Source of the DNA: Bacteroidaceae bacterium | GTDB taxonomy: Bacteria; Bacteroidota; Bacteroidia; Bacteroidales; Bacteroidaceae | NCBI GenBank assembly: GCA_041907665.1 | Contig: JAYRGW010000001.1 | Coordinates: 93,915 to 157,914 of the forward strand | Length of the DNA stretch: 64,000 bases | Reading direction: 5' to 3' | Shown here: piece after piece, positions 41,169 to 51,341 of the stretch | Position numbering within the stretch: position 1 is the first letter of the stretch | Layout of the letters: every line of letters begins with the position of its first letter | Notes under the pieces: generated by a model | Database searches by the model: none | Told to the model about the DNA's origin: nothing | Seen by the model: only the letters and a program-made list of their open reading frames with translations | Program-made: the position numbers and the translations under genes

Positions 41169-43229
41169 TTATTGGTTTTGTTCTTCTTTTTGTTCAGCTC
41201 CTTCTTGATCTTTTTTTGGTTGAATATCTTTATTTTCTTCTTTCTGCTCAATGGCCTTTCCTGTATCTTGGCGTTTGTCATCCATGATAATTTCAAGCGA
41301 ACGAGATTTCCATTTACGTTTTCCAAATATGTGTTCTACATCTTCTGCGAAGATAACCTCTTTAGATCTCAGAAGCTCAGCTAATTCTTTATGTTTATCT
41401 TTGTATTCTGACAAAATTTCTTTAGCACGATCGTATTGCTCATTGACCATCTTCTTTACTTCTTCATCGATTATTTCAGCTGTACGTTCGCTATATGGCT
41501 TACTAAAGGAATATTCCTCATTGGTGTAGTAGCATAGGTTAGGTAACCTTTCGCTCATACCCATATATACTATCATACCGAATGCCTGTTTTGTTACTCT
41601 TTCCAAATCGTTCATCGCACCAGATGAAATCTTACCGATGAAAAGGTCTTCAGCAGCACGGCCGCCCAATGTCGCACACATTTCATCCAACATCTGTTCT
41701 TTAGTTGTGATTTGTCTCTCTTCCGGCAGATACCATGCCGCACCTAAAGCTCTTCCACGAGGTACAATCGTTACTTTGATCAATGGATTAGCATATTCCA
41801 ATAACCATGACAATGTAGCATGACCGGCTTCATGAACCGCTATTGATTGTCTTTCTTCTTCTGTCGTTATTTTATTTTTCTTCTCTAACCCACCTACAAT
41901 ACGGTCTACGGCATTTGAGAAATCTTGCTTGTGAACATTGTCTTTGCCATATCTGGCTGCTATAAGAGCAGCTTCGTTGCATACATTTGCAATGTCGGCT
42001 CCTGAAAATCCAGGAGTTTGACGTGCTAATAAATCAATATCGACATCTTCAGCTATTTTAATGGGCCGAAGATGTACTCCAAAAATTTCTTTTCTTTCGT
42101 TCAAATCAGGTAAATCTACATGGATTTGTCTATCGAAACGTCCTGCACGGAGCAATGCTTTATCAAGTACATCTACTCTATTTGTCGCCGCTAGAATAAT
42201 GACGCCACTATTAGAGCCGAAACCATCCATCTCCGTCAGTAATTGGTTTAATGTGTTTTCTCTTTCGTCATTTCCTCCAAAAGCCGGATTCTTTCCACGT
42301 GCTCGTCCTACGGCATCAATCTCATCTATGAACACGATACAGGGGGCTTTTTCTTTGGCTTGCTTGAAGAGATCACGAACACGAGATGCGCCTACACCAA
42401 CAAACATTTCAACAAAATCAGAACCTGCTAAAGAGAAGAACGGTACATCGGCTTCACCTGCAACAGCTTTGGCAAGCAATGTCTTACCAGTTCCCGGAGG
42501 GCCTACAAGGAGAGCTCCTTTGGGAATCTTACCTCCTAAGTTCGTGTATTTCTGAGGCTCTCTCAAAAACTCAACAATTTCTTCTACTTCTTGTTTTGCT
42601 TCGGCAAGTCCTGCCACATCTTTAAAAGTAACTCGCTGGCGATTGTTTTTGTCAAACAATTGCGCTTTTGATTTACCAACATTAAAGATGCCTCCACCTC
42701 CTCCGCCAGAAGCATTGCTGCCCATTCTGCGCATTATGTAGAACCACATTCCTATTAAGAATATGATGGGAAGTACATTCCATAAGATTAACCCTATGTA
42801 ATTTTTCTTTTTTTCGTAGCTGACTGTTCCATCAAAGTGCTTATCCAAATTATAATACTTTTGCTTTAGCTCTTTTTCTTTTTGCAGATAAGAATCTAAG
42901 CTCTCTCTGGAAGGAGCTTCTGTTGTAATCATTGGGTTACGTCCCACTTTGGTGGAATCTTTTCCAAAGATCAATCCTATATACTTGGATTTTAGGTAAA
43001 ACTCTACCGAGTTATCATCATAACCTACTACTTTGCTCACATATCCACTATCTACATAAGCTTGAAATTTATTATAATCAACTTCTTTGCTCATTGTAGA
43101 CGAATCATTGGCAAAGTAAAGTCCTGCCAATACTGCGAGGATTATAAAATACAGCCAGTTTAAGTTAAACTTAGGCATATTCATTTTATTATTGTTGTTG
43201 CCGTTTGGCATTTTGTTGTTCGGTTCCAT
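41169..43229 (-). CDS. ftsH: ATP-dependent zinc metalloprotease FtsH
   Basis: 686 aa. It has two N-terminal TM helices, an AAA+ Walker A (GPPGTGKT), the SRH and a zinc motif (HEAGH). Confidence 0.95.
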   Translation of the reverse strand: MEPNNKMPNGNNNNKMNMPKFNLNWLYFIILAVLAGLYFANDSSTMSKEVDYNKFQAYVDSGYVSKVVGYDDNSVEFYLKSKYIGLIFGKDSTKVGRNPMITTEAPSRESLDSYLQKEKELKQKYYNLDKHFDGTVSYEKKKNYIGLILWNVLPIIFLIGMWFYIMRRMGSNASGGGGGGIFNVGKSKAQLFDKNNRQRVTFKDVAGLAEAKQEVEEIVEFLREPQKYTNLGGKIPKGALLVGPPGTGKTLLAKAVAGEADVPFFSLAGSDFVEMFVGVGASRVRDLFKQAKEKAPCIVFIDEIDAVGRARGKNPAFGGNDERENTLNQLLTEMDGFGSNSGVIILAATNRVDVLDKALLRAGRFDRQIHVDLPDLNERKEIFGVHLRPIKIAEDVDIDLLARQTPGFSGADIANVCNEAALIAARYGKDNVHKQDFSNAVDRIVGGLEKKNKITTEEERQSIAVHEAGHATLSWLLEYANPLIKVTIVPRGRALGAAWYLPEERQITTKEQMLDEMCATLGGRAAEDLFIGKISSGAMNDLERVTKQAFGMIVYMGMSERLPNLCYYTNEEYSFSKPYSERTAEIIDEEVKKMVNEQYDRAKEILSEYKDKHKELAELLRSKEVIFAEDVEHIFGKRKWKSRSLEIIMDDKRQDTGKAIEQKEENKDIQPKKDQEGAEQKEEQNQ

Positions 43230-43237
43230 ATTTTTAT

Positions 43238-43597
43238 TTAATCAATGTCTGGAATGTTTGTTAATTTGGCATCAGCCCATAGATGTTCTAGATTATAAAA
43301 GTCTCTCTTCTCGGGCAAAAAAATATGTACAATGACATCTGCATAATCCATTGCTATCCATTCGGCATTGTTTTCACCATCAATGGATAAAGGGCGGAAC
43401 TGAGCGTTTTTTATTGTGAAATCTTTGATTGAACTAGCGATGGCATTGACTTGTAATGTAGAATCGCCTTCGCAAATCACAAAATAATTGCAAATTGAAT
43501 CGTTAATATGTGTCAGATCGCCAACGACAATGTGCTTCCCTTTTTTCTCTTGAATACCTTCTGTTATGTTTTTTATTAGCGCTTTTGTTTCGTTCAT
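43238..43597 (-). CDS. rsfS: Ribosome silencing factor RsfS
   Basis: 119 aa. It is RsfS/IojAP-like (DYFVICEG-type core, here NYFVICEGDS; WIAMDYADVIVHIF; YNLEHLW). Confidence 0.85.
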   Translation of the reverse strand: MNETKALIKNITEGIQEKKGKHIVVGDLTHINDSICNYFVICEGDSTLQVNAIASSIKDFTIKNAQFRPLSIDGENNAEWIAMDYADVIVHIFLPEKRDFYNLEHLWADAKLTNIPDID

Positions 43598-43796
43598 CTA
43601 TTGTTATTAATAGTTTATAATGAAAGATGTGGCAAATATACAACGAATTCCACGATTAGGATACATTAGAGGGCAAAACTTTTGAATATTAATTTTTTTT
43701 GAGAAAATTGTACACTGGAAATAACATATTGAAGAGTCTTACTTGAGGCAATTACACTGCATTTAATGAAACGTCTAAAAAAAACAGTATTTTTTA

Positions 43797-43826
43797 TTTG
43801 TGTTTCCCGAATTATTCGTAAATTTG
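43797..43826 (+). promoter_or_regulatory. Bacteroidetes-type promoter for tRNA-Gln
   Basis: The -33 TTTG (43797-43800) and -7 TAAATTTG (43819-43826) are separated by 18 nt. The tRNA 5' end lies 17 nt downstream of the -7 box. Confidence 0.5.
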
Positions 43827-43842
43827 CACCGCATTTAGCGAT

Positions 43843-43916
43843 TGGGCTATGGTGTAATGGTAACACTACAGATTCTGGTCCTGTCATTCCAAGTTCGAAT
43901 CTTGGTAGCCCAACCA
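43843..43916 (+). tRNA. tRNA-Gln (anticodon CTG), CCA encoded
   Basis: Folded by hand. The 7-bp acceptor stem is perfect (TGGGCTA/TAGCCCA), as are the D stem (GTGT/ACAC) and T arm (CCAAG-TTCGAATC-CTTGG). The anticodon loop is TTCTGGT, giving CTG. The discriminator is A, followed by CCA. Confidence 0.9.
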
Positions 43917-43920
43917 AAAT

Positions 43921-43957
43921 AAAAGCGCATCGGATTTTTCTCTGATACGCTTTTTTT
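43921..43957. terminator. Bidirectional terminator after tRNA-Gln
   Basis: AGCGCATC (43924-43931) pairs with GATACGCT (43944-43951) with one mismatch. AAAA lies on the left and TTTTTTT on the right. Confidence 0.5.
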
Positions 43958-43961
43958 GTTT

Positions 43962-44084
43962 CTACTTTTTCTTTTTTTTGCCCGTACCGATATCGAAGCC
44001 ATTCATTGTTTCTTCTTTTTCGTAGGCAGGAACATGGTTCTTGTCTTTTGGTTTCTTTGGCTTTTTATTTCCAGCAGCTCCCAT
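43962..44084 (-). CDS. Unannotated 40-aa lysine-rich small ORF with a canonical Shine-Dalgarno sequence
   Basis: Hand translation gives MGAAGNKKPKKPKDKNHVPAYEKEETMNGFDIGTGKKKKK*. AAGGAGGT (44093-44100 on the minus strand) lies 8 nt before the ATG (44084). The stop TAG is at 43962-43964, just upstream of the bidirectional terminator. The ORF is too short for the supplied ORF track. Confidence 0.4.
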   Translation of the reverse strand: MGAAGNKKPKKPKDKNHVPAYEKEETMNGFDIGTGKKKKK

Positions 44085-44290
44085 TTTTTAAGACCTCCTT
44101 GTATTTTAGATGTTGATATATGTTTTGGTTGTCGGACAGAAAGCCACAATTGCTTCCTGCTACTAATCGTTTCTTATACTACAAAGAATGTGCCGTAAGC
44201 CACCATATAAACATTTAAAATTTGTCTTGCTAAATCAGAACAGATTTGATTTATGTAGCCATACCATTTTTATCTGTCCTGATCTTATTG

Positions 44291-46291
44291 CTATTGTTCG
44301 CACGGAAACATTGAGACTCTGTAATGTGCAAATCCATAAGGTACTAATTTAAGCTGGACATTGTGTTGTACAGGGATGCATTTTTCTGGAAGTTTGGGAT
44401 TTCCTTTATCCGGTTCCCAAGAGATAATATCTGCTTTTGCCGAAATACTGATCGGCGCACCTGTCAGTTCCCAATAGAAAGGTTGGTAAATATCATTCAA
44501 TATCACTTTCGTATCCGTAAGAGATGATTTTGTCAATGCATAACGGAATTCTCTCCAATAGCCTTCGTTTAGATCAAAACTCCATGCTGAATTATCCATC
44601 AGTGGGAGTGCAAATACCAAGGGACCATAGTTGACTGTAGCAAAATGGGCTCCCTTATTGAATCCATCTATCGTATATTCGGCCTTTGGTTCCATATCAT
44701 GTGGCCAATAGGGCTCTTTATCTTTATATCTGGCAAATTGTTCGTCGTCTTCTTTCAGTTCTGCTTTCATCGGAAAGGTCAGACATATTCGATCTCCGCT
44801 TTTCCATTTGTGCGCGACTATGATAAAATTATCTTTAATCCATTTTGTAGAATATGTTTTGCCGTTTACCGTACATTGAGGATTTGAACACCATGAAGGG
44901 ATGCGCAGTAGTAGTTTCTCTTTTTGCGGTATGTTGTTTATGGTCATATTTATTTGATCCCGAAATGGATACTGAGTTTCCATTTTAATGTCATAACTCC
45001 CATCTTTTGTTTGCAGATGAGCAGGACCATACGTAAGAATCATCAACTCATTTTCCGAATTCTTCATGAACATATTGATGATATAATTCGGGATCACCCG
45101 ATTGAGGTTTCCCGTGCAACAAGTGGGCCAGTGAAGTTCTTTAAAAAATGTTCCATCATCGCGGACTTTTAGGTGCAACCCGGGAATCCTATTCATGGCG
45201 TTCTCGTAAAGATGCAGACTGAAACCGGGCGACATGACAGCCGGAAAAGCGTTGAAGAATGCTTTTTCAATGTGATCTCCATATTGAGCTTTTCCTGTGG
45301 CTCTTGCCAGCCATATGTTAGACCAGATGAAATCAGAGATGTCACACGTTTCCGAACCTTCAAAAGCTCCGATACCGTGCAGATATTCATTGGAAGATGG
45401 TGCCCCATTGGGTAGCACATAGTGTTGTTGCAAGAAATCGAAGGCTCCCACGGAAGCATCCAAATAGTCTTTACGTCCTGTCCATGGATAGGCAATAGCA
45501 TATAGCTTGCCTACTTCATTGTAAGTCACACCGTGGCAAATAGCCGTGCGTAGAAAATCCTTATTTTTTGCCCACGATTCTACAAATCCGCTTTCGTTTG
45601 CTTGGTATATTTTAACGGCTTTATCAAGCAACTCTTTATTGCCAGAATAGCGAACCAATTCGAGCATGATTTCTAGTCCCACCAATTTGCGGTCTTGATC
45701 CATCTCTACTCCGCTCAAAGGGTATTTTTCAGCATCTCGATTAAAGATTGGAGTGCCTGCGTAACATTTCTCGAGCATTTTCAATATACGTTCGTCTTTT
45801 GTTGCCGAATAATAGGCTAATGCTGCTCGCGCAAAGACCGCTTGCGACCAATAGACGCCATAATCTTCTTTGGTTGTATTCCAATCTTTCTTAAATTTAT
45901 CACAGGTCGAATAGATGTATCCATTTTCTGCTTGCCTATTGGCAACTGTATACATCAGTTGTGTCGCTCTTTGTATGAGAGTCGAGTCGTTCAGTACGAA
46001 AGCCAGCCTTACCAATCCGTCAGCATAATAGCCTGATTGTTCGTATGGCCACCAATCGTCGTATGTGTCATTTGCCCAACCTGTCGTGAATGGAAAATAT
46101 TTTTCGCCAAGAGATTTGGTTAATCCTTTGGCTGCTGTTTTTGCCCAATCAAGCAACCAACCTTCAGGGCGAATTTCTCCAACATCGAATGGTATATAGC
46201 TGCTTTTTACAATCGGTTGCAGTTGCTGCGCATGAATGAGAAGCGAGAAGCAGGATAAGCAAATAGTAATTAAAACTTTTCTTGATTTCAT
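44291..46291 (-). CDS. GH127/GH146-family (DUF1680, beta-L-arabinofuranosidase-like) glycoside hydrolase
   Basis: The likely start is MKSRKVLITICLSCFSLLIHAQQ (46291). It has the Cys/Glu metal-site motifs characteristic of GH127 (GSETCDISDF and WPTCCTGNLNR). Confidence 0.7.
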   Translation of the reverse strand: MKSRKVLITICLSCFSLLIHAQQLQPIVKSSYIPFDVGEIRPEGWLLDWAKTAAKGLTKSLGEKYFPFTTGWANDTYDDWWPYEQSGYYADGLVRLAFVLNDSTLIQRATQLMYTVANRQAENGYIYSTCDKFKKDWNTTKEDYGVYWSQAVFARAALAYYSATKDERILKMLEKCYAGTPIFNRDAEKYPLSGVEMDQDRKLVGLEIMLELVRYSGNKELLDKAVKIYQANESGFVESWAKNKDFLRTAICHGVTYNEVGKLYAIAYPWTGRKDYLDASVGAFDFLQQHYVLPNGAPSSNEYLHGIGAFEGSETCDISDFIWSNIWLARATGKAQYGDHIEKAFFNAFPAVMSPGFSLHLYENAMNRIPGLHLKVRDDGTFFKELHWPTCCTGNLNRVIPNYIINMFMKNSENELMILTYGPAHLQTKDGSYDIKMETQYPFRDQINMTINNIPQKEKLLLRIPSWCSNPQCTVNGKTYSTKWIKDNFIIVAHKWKSGDRICLTFPMKAELKEDDEQFARYKDKEPYWPHDMEPKAEYTIDGFNKGAHFATVNYGPLVFALPLMDNSAWSFDLNEGYWREFRYALTKSSLTDTKVILNDIYQPFYWELTGAPISISAKADIISWEPDKGNPKLPEKCIPVQHNVQLKLVPYGFAHYRVSMFPCEQ

Positions 46292-46510
46292 GATTCTATG
46301 ATATTTAATTTGGCTTTCACGTAAATGTGTTTTCAATAAGTAGTCTTTAAGTGTCTCTCTTTTCTACAAAAATGTACGAAAGATGCTAATATCTTCGTTG
46401 CATAACAATTACAACGACCTTTGTTTTTGTCAACAAAAACATTCTTCTCACCTTTATGCTTTTTGCATCTCAATAGGTCAAAGAATATTATGCATATATT
46501 CCCTCTTTAA

Positions 46511-47323
46511 TTAAGAATGATTCTCTATTTCTTTTTCTTCTTTTTTCGGCTTTATCATGAGAATACTCATCTCGTAAAGCATGTAGAGAGGAAGCGCAAC
46601 AATTGTTAGTGTAAATGGGTCGCCTGTGGGAGTAATAACCGCTGCAGCAATTACAATAATAACAATTGCGTGTCTTCGATATTTGCGTAAAAAAGCTCGA
46701 TCTATCAATCCCAGTAGCGAAAGAAACCAAGTAATAAGTGGCAATTCAAAAGCAACTCCCATGCAAAGAGTCAACATCATCAGATTGTCAATGTAAGAAT
46801 CTAACGATAGCATTGTCGTGATGTCTTTGCTTATATTGTAGGTCGAAAGGAAACGTACGGTAAGCGGGTAAATCATGAAGTAGCTCACTGCCATGCCCAA
46901 ATAGAACATAATAGTGCCTACAAGAAAAGCTTTTTTTACTCCTCTTTGCTCGTTTTTATAGAGTGCCGGTTTTATAAATCTCCATATTTCAATAAAGAGA
47001 TAGGGCATAGCCGTCACCACAGACAGCCAGAAAGAAGTTGATACTTGTACAAAGAAAGGTGTTGCAAGATTGATATTGATGAGGCGTAAATTGAAAGAAC
47101 CGGTAAAGAAACTGTCGGTTGATTTAATAGCCTTGCCCAACATTCGGAACCATTGGTAAGAAATGAAATCATTATGACATGCACCAAGTATCACGCTGTC
47201 GAATATCGACGGCATGATACAGAAGTATATAATCGCAAGTGCAAGCCATACGAGGAGAACTCGAATGATGACTGCCCGCAACGCATCTAAATGATCCCAA
47301 AAGGTCATTTCTCTATTGCCCAC
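46511..47323 (-). CDS. tatC: Twin-arginine translocase subunit TatC
   Basis: 270 aa, six TM helices, N-terminal MTFWDHLDALR motif. Confidence 0.9.
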   Translation of the reverse strand: MGNREMTFWDHLDALRAVIIRVLLVWLALAIIYFCIMPSIFDSVILGACHNDFISYQWFRMLGKAIKSTDSFFTGSFNLRLININLATPFFVQVSTSFWLSVVTAMPYLFIEIWRFIKPALYKNEQRGVKKAFLVGTIMFYLGMAVSYFMIYPLTVRFLSTYNISKDITTMLSLDSYIDNLMMLTLCMGVAFELPLITWFLSLLGLIDRAFLRKYRRHAIVIIVIAAAVITPTGDPFTLTIVALPLYMLYEMSILMIKPKKEEKEIENHS

Positions 47324-47351
47324 AATACTAAAGATTTAAAGTGGATATTAA

Positions 47352-47591
47352 TTATTTCTTCTCTTCAGTTTCCTCTTTCTTAGTACTGTCGTCAACAGAT
47401 TTTTCGACCTCATCTTTTGCCTTGTTTATTTCTTCTTTTGCTTCGTTAATTCCTTCTTTGAAGCTCTTTACTCCTTTGCCGAGGCCTCTTGCCAATTCGG
47501 GAATCTTCTTTCCACCAAAAACCAACAATACGATTAGTAGGATGTATATCCATTCAGATCCACTCGGCATAAACAATAACAATTGTGTCAT
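47352..47591 (-). CDS. tatA: Twin-arginine translocase subunit TatA/E
   Basis: 79 aa. It has one TM helix followed by [23 protein letters not shown] and an acidic/lysine-rich tail. Confidence 0.9.
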   Translation of the reverse strand: MTQLLLFMPSGSEWIYILLIVLLVFGGKKIPELARGLGKGVKSFKEGINEAKEEINKAKDEVEKSVDDSTKKEETEEKK

Positions 47592-47654
47592 AATTTTCTT
47601 TTGTTTGTATTATAGGCCTATACTCCAATCGATAGATCCTATAATAGGGTTAGG

Positions 47655-50147
47655 CTATTCTTGATAATAAACTCGTTTCACTCGTTTAGAGATACCTGTC
47701 AATACCTCATAAGGAATCGTGTCGAGAATGTCGCTCAACACTGTAATAGGCAGATGGTCACCAAATATTTCGGCTTTGTCGCCTTCTTTGCAATCTATAT
47801 CCGTTACGTCAATCATGCATACATCCATGCATATATTGCCTACATAAGGAGCTTTTTTGCCATTCACCAGGCAGTAGGCATGTCCATTACCCAAGTGGCG
47901 ATTCAATCCGTCGGCATAGCCGATGGGAATGGCTGCAATGCGCGATGGACGTGTCAAATGTCCTTTCCTGCTGTAACCTACTGTGTCTTCTTCGGCAACC
48001 GAACGAATCTGGAGGATGGTTGTCTTTAGCGTGCTTACATTATGGATAATAGAATTGTCTATCGGATTGATGCCATAAAGTCCGAGTCCTAAGCGCACCA
48101 TGTCGAACTGTGCTTCCGGAAAACGTTCAATTCCTGCTGTATTGCAAAGGTGACGTAATATCTTGTGCGAGAATGCTTCCTGGAATTTAGTACTCATTCG
48201 GGTATAAAGTTCTATTTGTTGGCGTGTGAAGTCGTCCAGAAGAGGCGAATCGCTACCTACAAAATGAGAGAATACCGAGCGAGGTATAACGGCATTCTGA
48301 GATTTAAGAACTTCAATCAGATTGTCGATATCTTTTTCTTCAAATCCCAAGCGATGCATGCCGGTATCAAATTTTATATGTATTGGAAAGCGGGTGATGC
48401 CTTCTTTCTCAGCAGCTTTGATCAAGGCATCGAGCATATAGAAATTGTAAACTTCTGGCTCCAGCTTATAGTCGAACATGGTTTTGAAAGCCGTTAGCTC
48501 CGGATCCATAATAATAATGGAAGCTGTAATATCTGCTTTGCGTAGTTCTGCTCCTTCGTCGGCTACAGCGACAGCGAGGTAGTCTACGTGATGTTCTTGT
48601 AAAGTCTTGGCTATTTCTTTCGAGCCTGCACCGTAACCCGAAGCTTTTATCATACAAACCATTTTGGTTTCCGGTTTGAGCATGTTTCGGTAACGGTTGA
48701 GGTTGGCTGTCATATTGGCAAGGTTTACCTCTAATATCGTTTCGTGGACTTTTAATTCCAATGCATCACTTATCTGATCGAAATTGAACTTACGGCATCC
48801 TTTTATTAAAATAACCTCATTTTTCAATTGGTTGAAACAACGAGAATCGAGTAGTTCTTCAGATGTATTGAAGAAATATTTCTCAATGTCGAATTCACCG
48901 GCACAAGAAGATATTTCAGGCCCTACACCAATGATTTTATTCACACCACGGCTCTGTACCAGTTGTGCTACTCTTCGATAGAGTGTTTTCGGATTTTGTC
49001 CTGTCTCAAGGATGTCCGAAATAATAAGTGTGCGTTTTTTATTTGTAGATTCGGAACGTCGCGACATGAAGTCTAGCGCAATATCGATCGACGCTAAGTC
49101 CGAATTATAACTATCGTTAATGAGCATACAACTGTTTTTGCCTTCCTTTACTTCCAGTCGCATAGCTACTGGTTCAAGGTGTGCCATGCGTTCCGTGATT
49201 TCTTCGGACGAGAGCATTAGATAGAGGCAAGCTGCTAGGCAGTTGAGCGAATTTTCTATGGAAGCGTTATCGATAAATGGAATGGTAAAGGAGTTCTCCA
49301 TTCCAATGTAGCGGTAGGTGATAATCGTACAGTCTTTCTTTTTATTGATATTATTGATAAAAAGAGGGCGCTCGGCATCTTTGCGGCTCCATGCTATTTC
49401 ACGAGCTGTGAACATGGATTTCTGTACGCAGGTAGTTATCAGTTCGTCGTCTCCGTTGTATATAATCACGTCGCAGTCTTTAAAGAGCGTGAGCTTTTCC
49501 ATGCACTTTTCTTGCAGGGAGAAGAAATTCTCTTGATGGGCACCACCGATATTTGTCAGAATGCCAATAGTCGGTTTGATTATATTTTGTAGTGCCCGCA
49601 TCTCACCCGGTTGCGATATTCCTGCTTCAAAAAGGCCCAATTGGGTTTTCTCGTCCATTTGCCATACGGAAAGCGGAACGCCTATTTGCGAATTGTAACT
49701 TCTTGGCGAGCGGCACACAATGCGCTCCGGACTGAGCAGTTGGTGGAGCCATTCTTTTACAATGGTTTTACCATTGCTCCCTGTTATTCCTATTACAGGT
49801 ATCTGAAAGTTCTTGCGGTGCAATTCTGCTAGTGTCTGCAATGCTTTTAGTACATCTGGGACAATAAGAAAGTTTGTCTCTTTCAAGTCTTTATCTTGGA
49901 GCATTGTTTGGGTATAGTCCCAATCTTTGTCTTGTTTGGAAATCACAAAATTGCGTACGCCCCTCTGGTACAGATCCGGAATATACTCCGAACCTCTATT
50001 GCGTTTCGAAGAAAGCGCAAAAAATAAAGTCTCTTCGGGGAAACAAAGAGAACGGCTATCTGTTAATAACCAGTCGATGTTGGTAGGGAAGTTTCCCTTT
50101 CGGATAGCACCGATTTTTTCTGCAATAAATTCTATTGAATACGACAT
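47655..50147 (-). CDS. Bifunctional UDP-N-acetylmuramoyl-tripeptide--D-alanyl-D-alanine ligase (MurF) / alanine racemase (Alr) fusion
   Basis: 830 aa. The N-terminal half is Mur ligase (GITGSNGKT). The C-terminal half is a PLP alanine racemase (VCMIKASGYGAG, C-terminal RVKRVY). Confidence 0.9.
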   Translation of the reverse strand: MSYSIEFIAEKIGAIRKGNFPTNIDWLLTDSRSLCFPEETLFFALSSKRNRGSEYIPDLYQRGVRNFVISKQDKDWDYTQTMLQDKDLKETNFLIVPDVLKALQTLAELHRKNFQIPVIGITGSNGKTIVKEWLHQLLSPERIVCRSPRSYNSQIGVPLSVWQMDEKTQLGLFEAGISQPGEMRALQNIIKPTIGILTNIGGAHQENFFSLQEKCMEKLTLFKDCDVIIYNGDDELITTCVQKSMFTAREIAWSRKDAERPLFINNINKKKDCTIITYRYIGMENSFTIPFIDNASIENSLNCLAACLYLMLSSEEITERMAHLEPVAMRLEVKEGKNSCMLINDSYNSDLASIDIALDFMSRRSESTNKKRTLIISDILETGQNPKTLYRRVAQLVQSRGVNKIIGVGPEISSCAGEFDIEKYFFNTSEELLDSRCFNQLKNEVILIKGCRKFNFDQISDALELKVHETILEVNLANMTANLNRYRNMLKPETKMVCMIKASGYGAGSKEIAKTLQEHHVDYLAVAVADEGAELRKADITASIIIMDPELTAFKTMFDYKLEPEVYNFYMLDALIKAAEKEGITRFPIHIKFDTGMHRLGFEEKDIDNLIEVLKSQNAVIPRSVFSHFVGSDSPLLDDFTRQQIELYTRMSTKFQEAFSHKILRHLCNTAGIERFPEAQFDMVRLGLGLYGINPIDNSIIHNVSTLKTTILQIRSVAEEDTVGYSRKGHLTRPSRIAAIPIGYADGLNRHLGNGHAYCLVNGKKAPYVGNICMDVCMIDVTDIDCKEGDKAEIFGDHLPITVLSDILDTIPYEVLTGISKRVKRVYYQE

Positions 50148-50150
50148 ATA

Positions 50151-51107
50151 TTATTCTATTTTGAACTCTAAGTAAGGGTATTTTTCTTTAAGTCGATTTA
50201 TCTTTAACACTATTTGTTTTAAAAACTCTTTATGCGTCTCTTCGTTTTCATGTAGAGGCCGATGGTGTAAAGCTTTGTATATCTTTTGGCATTTTTCGGC
50301 TATTTGTTGCGTTTCACTTATAAAACTGCAACTTGCAAATTTCTCCCAAAGATATTCTATAGCCATTGTCGATGGGTGCATAAGGTCGTCTGCATAAAAG
50401 CGGTAATCTCTTAATTCGTCCAGCATTATTTCGTAAGCCGGAAAATAGTAGATGTTACACGGGAACAACGATTTTAGTTTATCGATGGCAAGCAATAATG
50501 TCGATTTGCTGAGCTGATTTTGGTGTAAACCATCGCGCAAATGTCTTATAGGACTAACTGTCATGATAATGTTCAACTCTTTGTTCAGCTTTATAAGCGA
50601 ACGGAATAGTGGTTCGTAGATGCTAATAATGTCTTCTACGGTAAGCTGCTGACGGTCGAATTCACTTTCGGGGCGCTTATGGCAGTTGCTTACTACTTCA
50701 CCTGTTTTGTTGTAGTACACAAAGGCCGACCCGAAAGTCAGTAGTATCAAATTCGTACTAGCCCAATTGCCGTGTGCTTTCGATATTCTATTGTTGATAT
50801 GATCAAGTACTGTCCTTTTATTGGGGTCCGAAAAGGAACCATGATGCATATCGCTTTGCCACAATCCTTGATAGTAGAATATATTGCTCTCATCGTATTT
50901 TTTCCCTTCTCCGATTTCGCGGATGGCTTGTGCTATGGATACCGGATTGTAGAGCGTACCAAACGGATTGATATCTGTTTGGAATCCCGATGTCTGAAGC
51001 TTTTCGCCGATGTTGTCCGAAAAGCAAGAACCTAATACCAGCACGTTGTCTCTGTGAGATATGTGTGGAAAATCTTTTTCTATTTCAACCGGAGTTGTCA
51101 GTTTCAT
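50151..51107 (-). CDS. GSCFA-domain protein
   Basis: It contains the name-giving motif LVLGSCFSDNIG. The likely start is MKLTTPVEI (51107). The longest ORF starts at 51146. Confidence 0.75.
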   Translation of the reverse strand: MKLTTPVEIEKDFPHISHRDNVLVLGSCFSDNIGEKLQTSGFQTDINPFGTLYNPVSIAQAIREIGEGKKYDESNIFYYQGLWQSDMHHGSFSDPNKRTVLDHINNRISKAHGNWASTNLILLTFGSAFVYYNKTGEVVSNCHKRPESEFDRQQLTVEDIISIYEPLFRSLIKLNKELNIIMTVSPIRHLRDGLHQNQLSKSTLLLAIDKLKSLFPCNIYYFPAYEIMLDELRDYRFYADDLMHPSTMAIEYLWEKFASCSFISETQQIAEKCQKIYKALHHRPLHENEETHKEFLKQIVLKINRLKEKYPYLEFKIE

Positions 51108-51341
51108 CCTATCGTCTACAGTTCTCTGTACTTTTAATTTGACCACAAAATTACAATACTCTTTGAAGTTTACCTAATCAAAATGAAAACAATTACGCTA
51201 TTTAAGTTAAATATTTCTATAGGTCTAATAAAGGGTGCCTATTGCCCGGTATTAGGTGGGATAATAACTCAGTCGCGAAATACTCGTATTATTGCAGATT
51301 ATTTTATAACTTCGCATCAGTAAAAGTAATGATTAAAGCAG

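Noticed and set aside
43666-43917. 83-aa minus-strand ORF.
   Set aside because: Its N-terminus is the antisense translation of tRNA-Gln (MVGLPRFELG...), a classic false ORF.
47341-47664. 107-aa plus-strand ORF.
   Set aside because: It is antisense to tatA. Its composition is Ser/Phe/Leu-rich and reflects the Lys/Glu-rich tatA tail.
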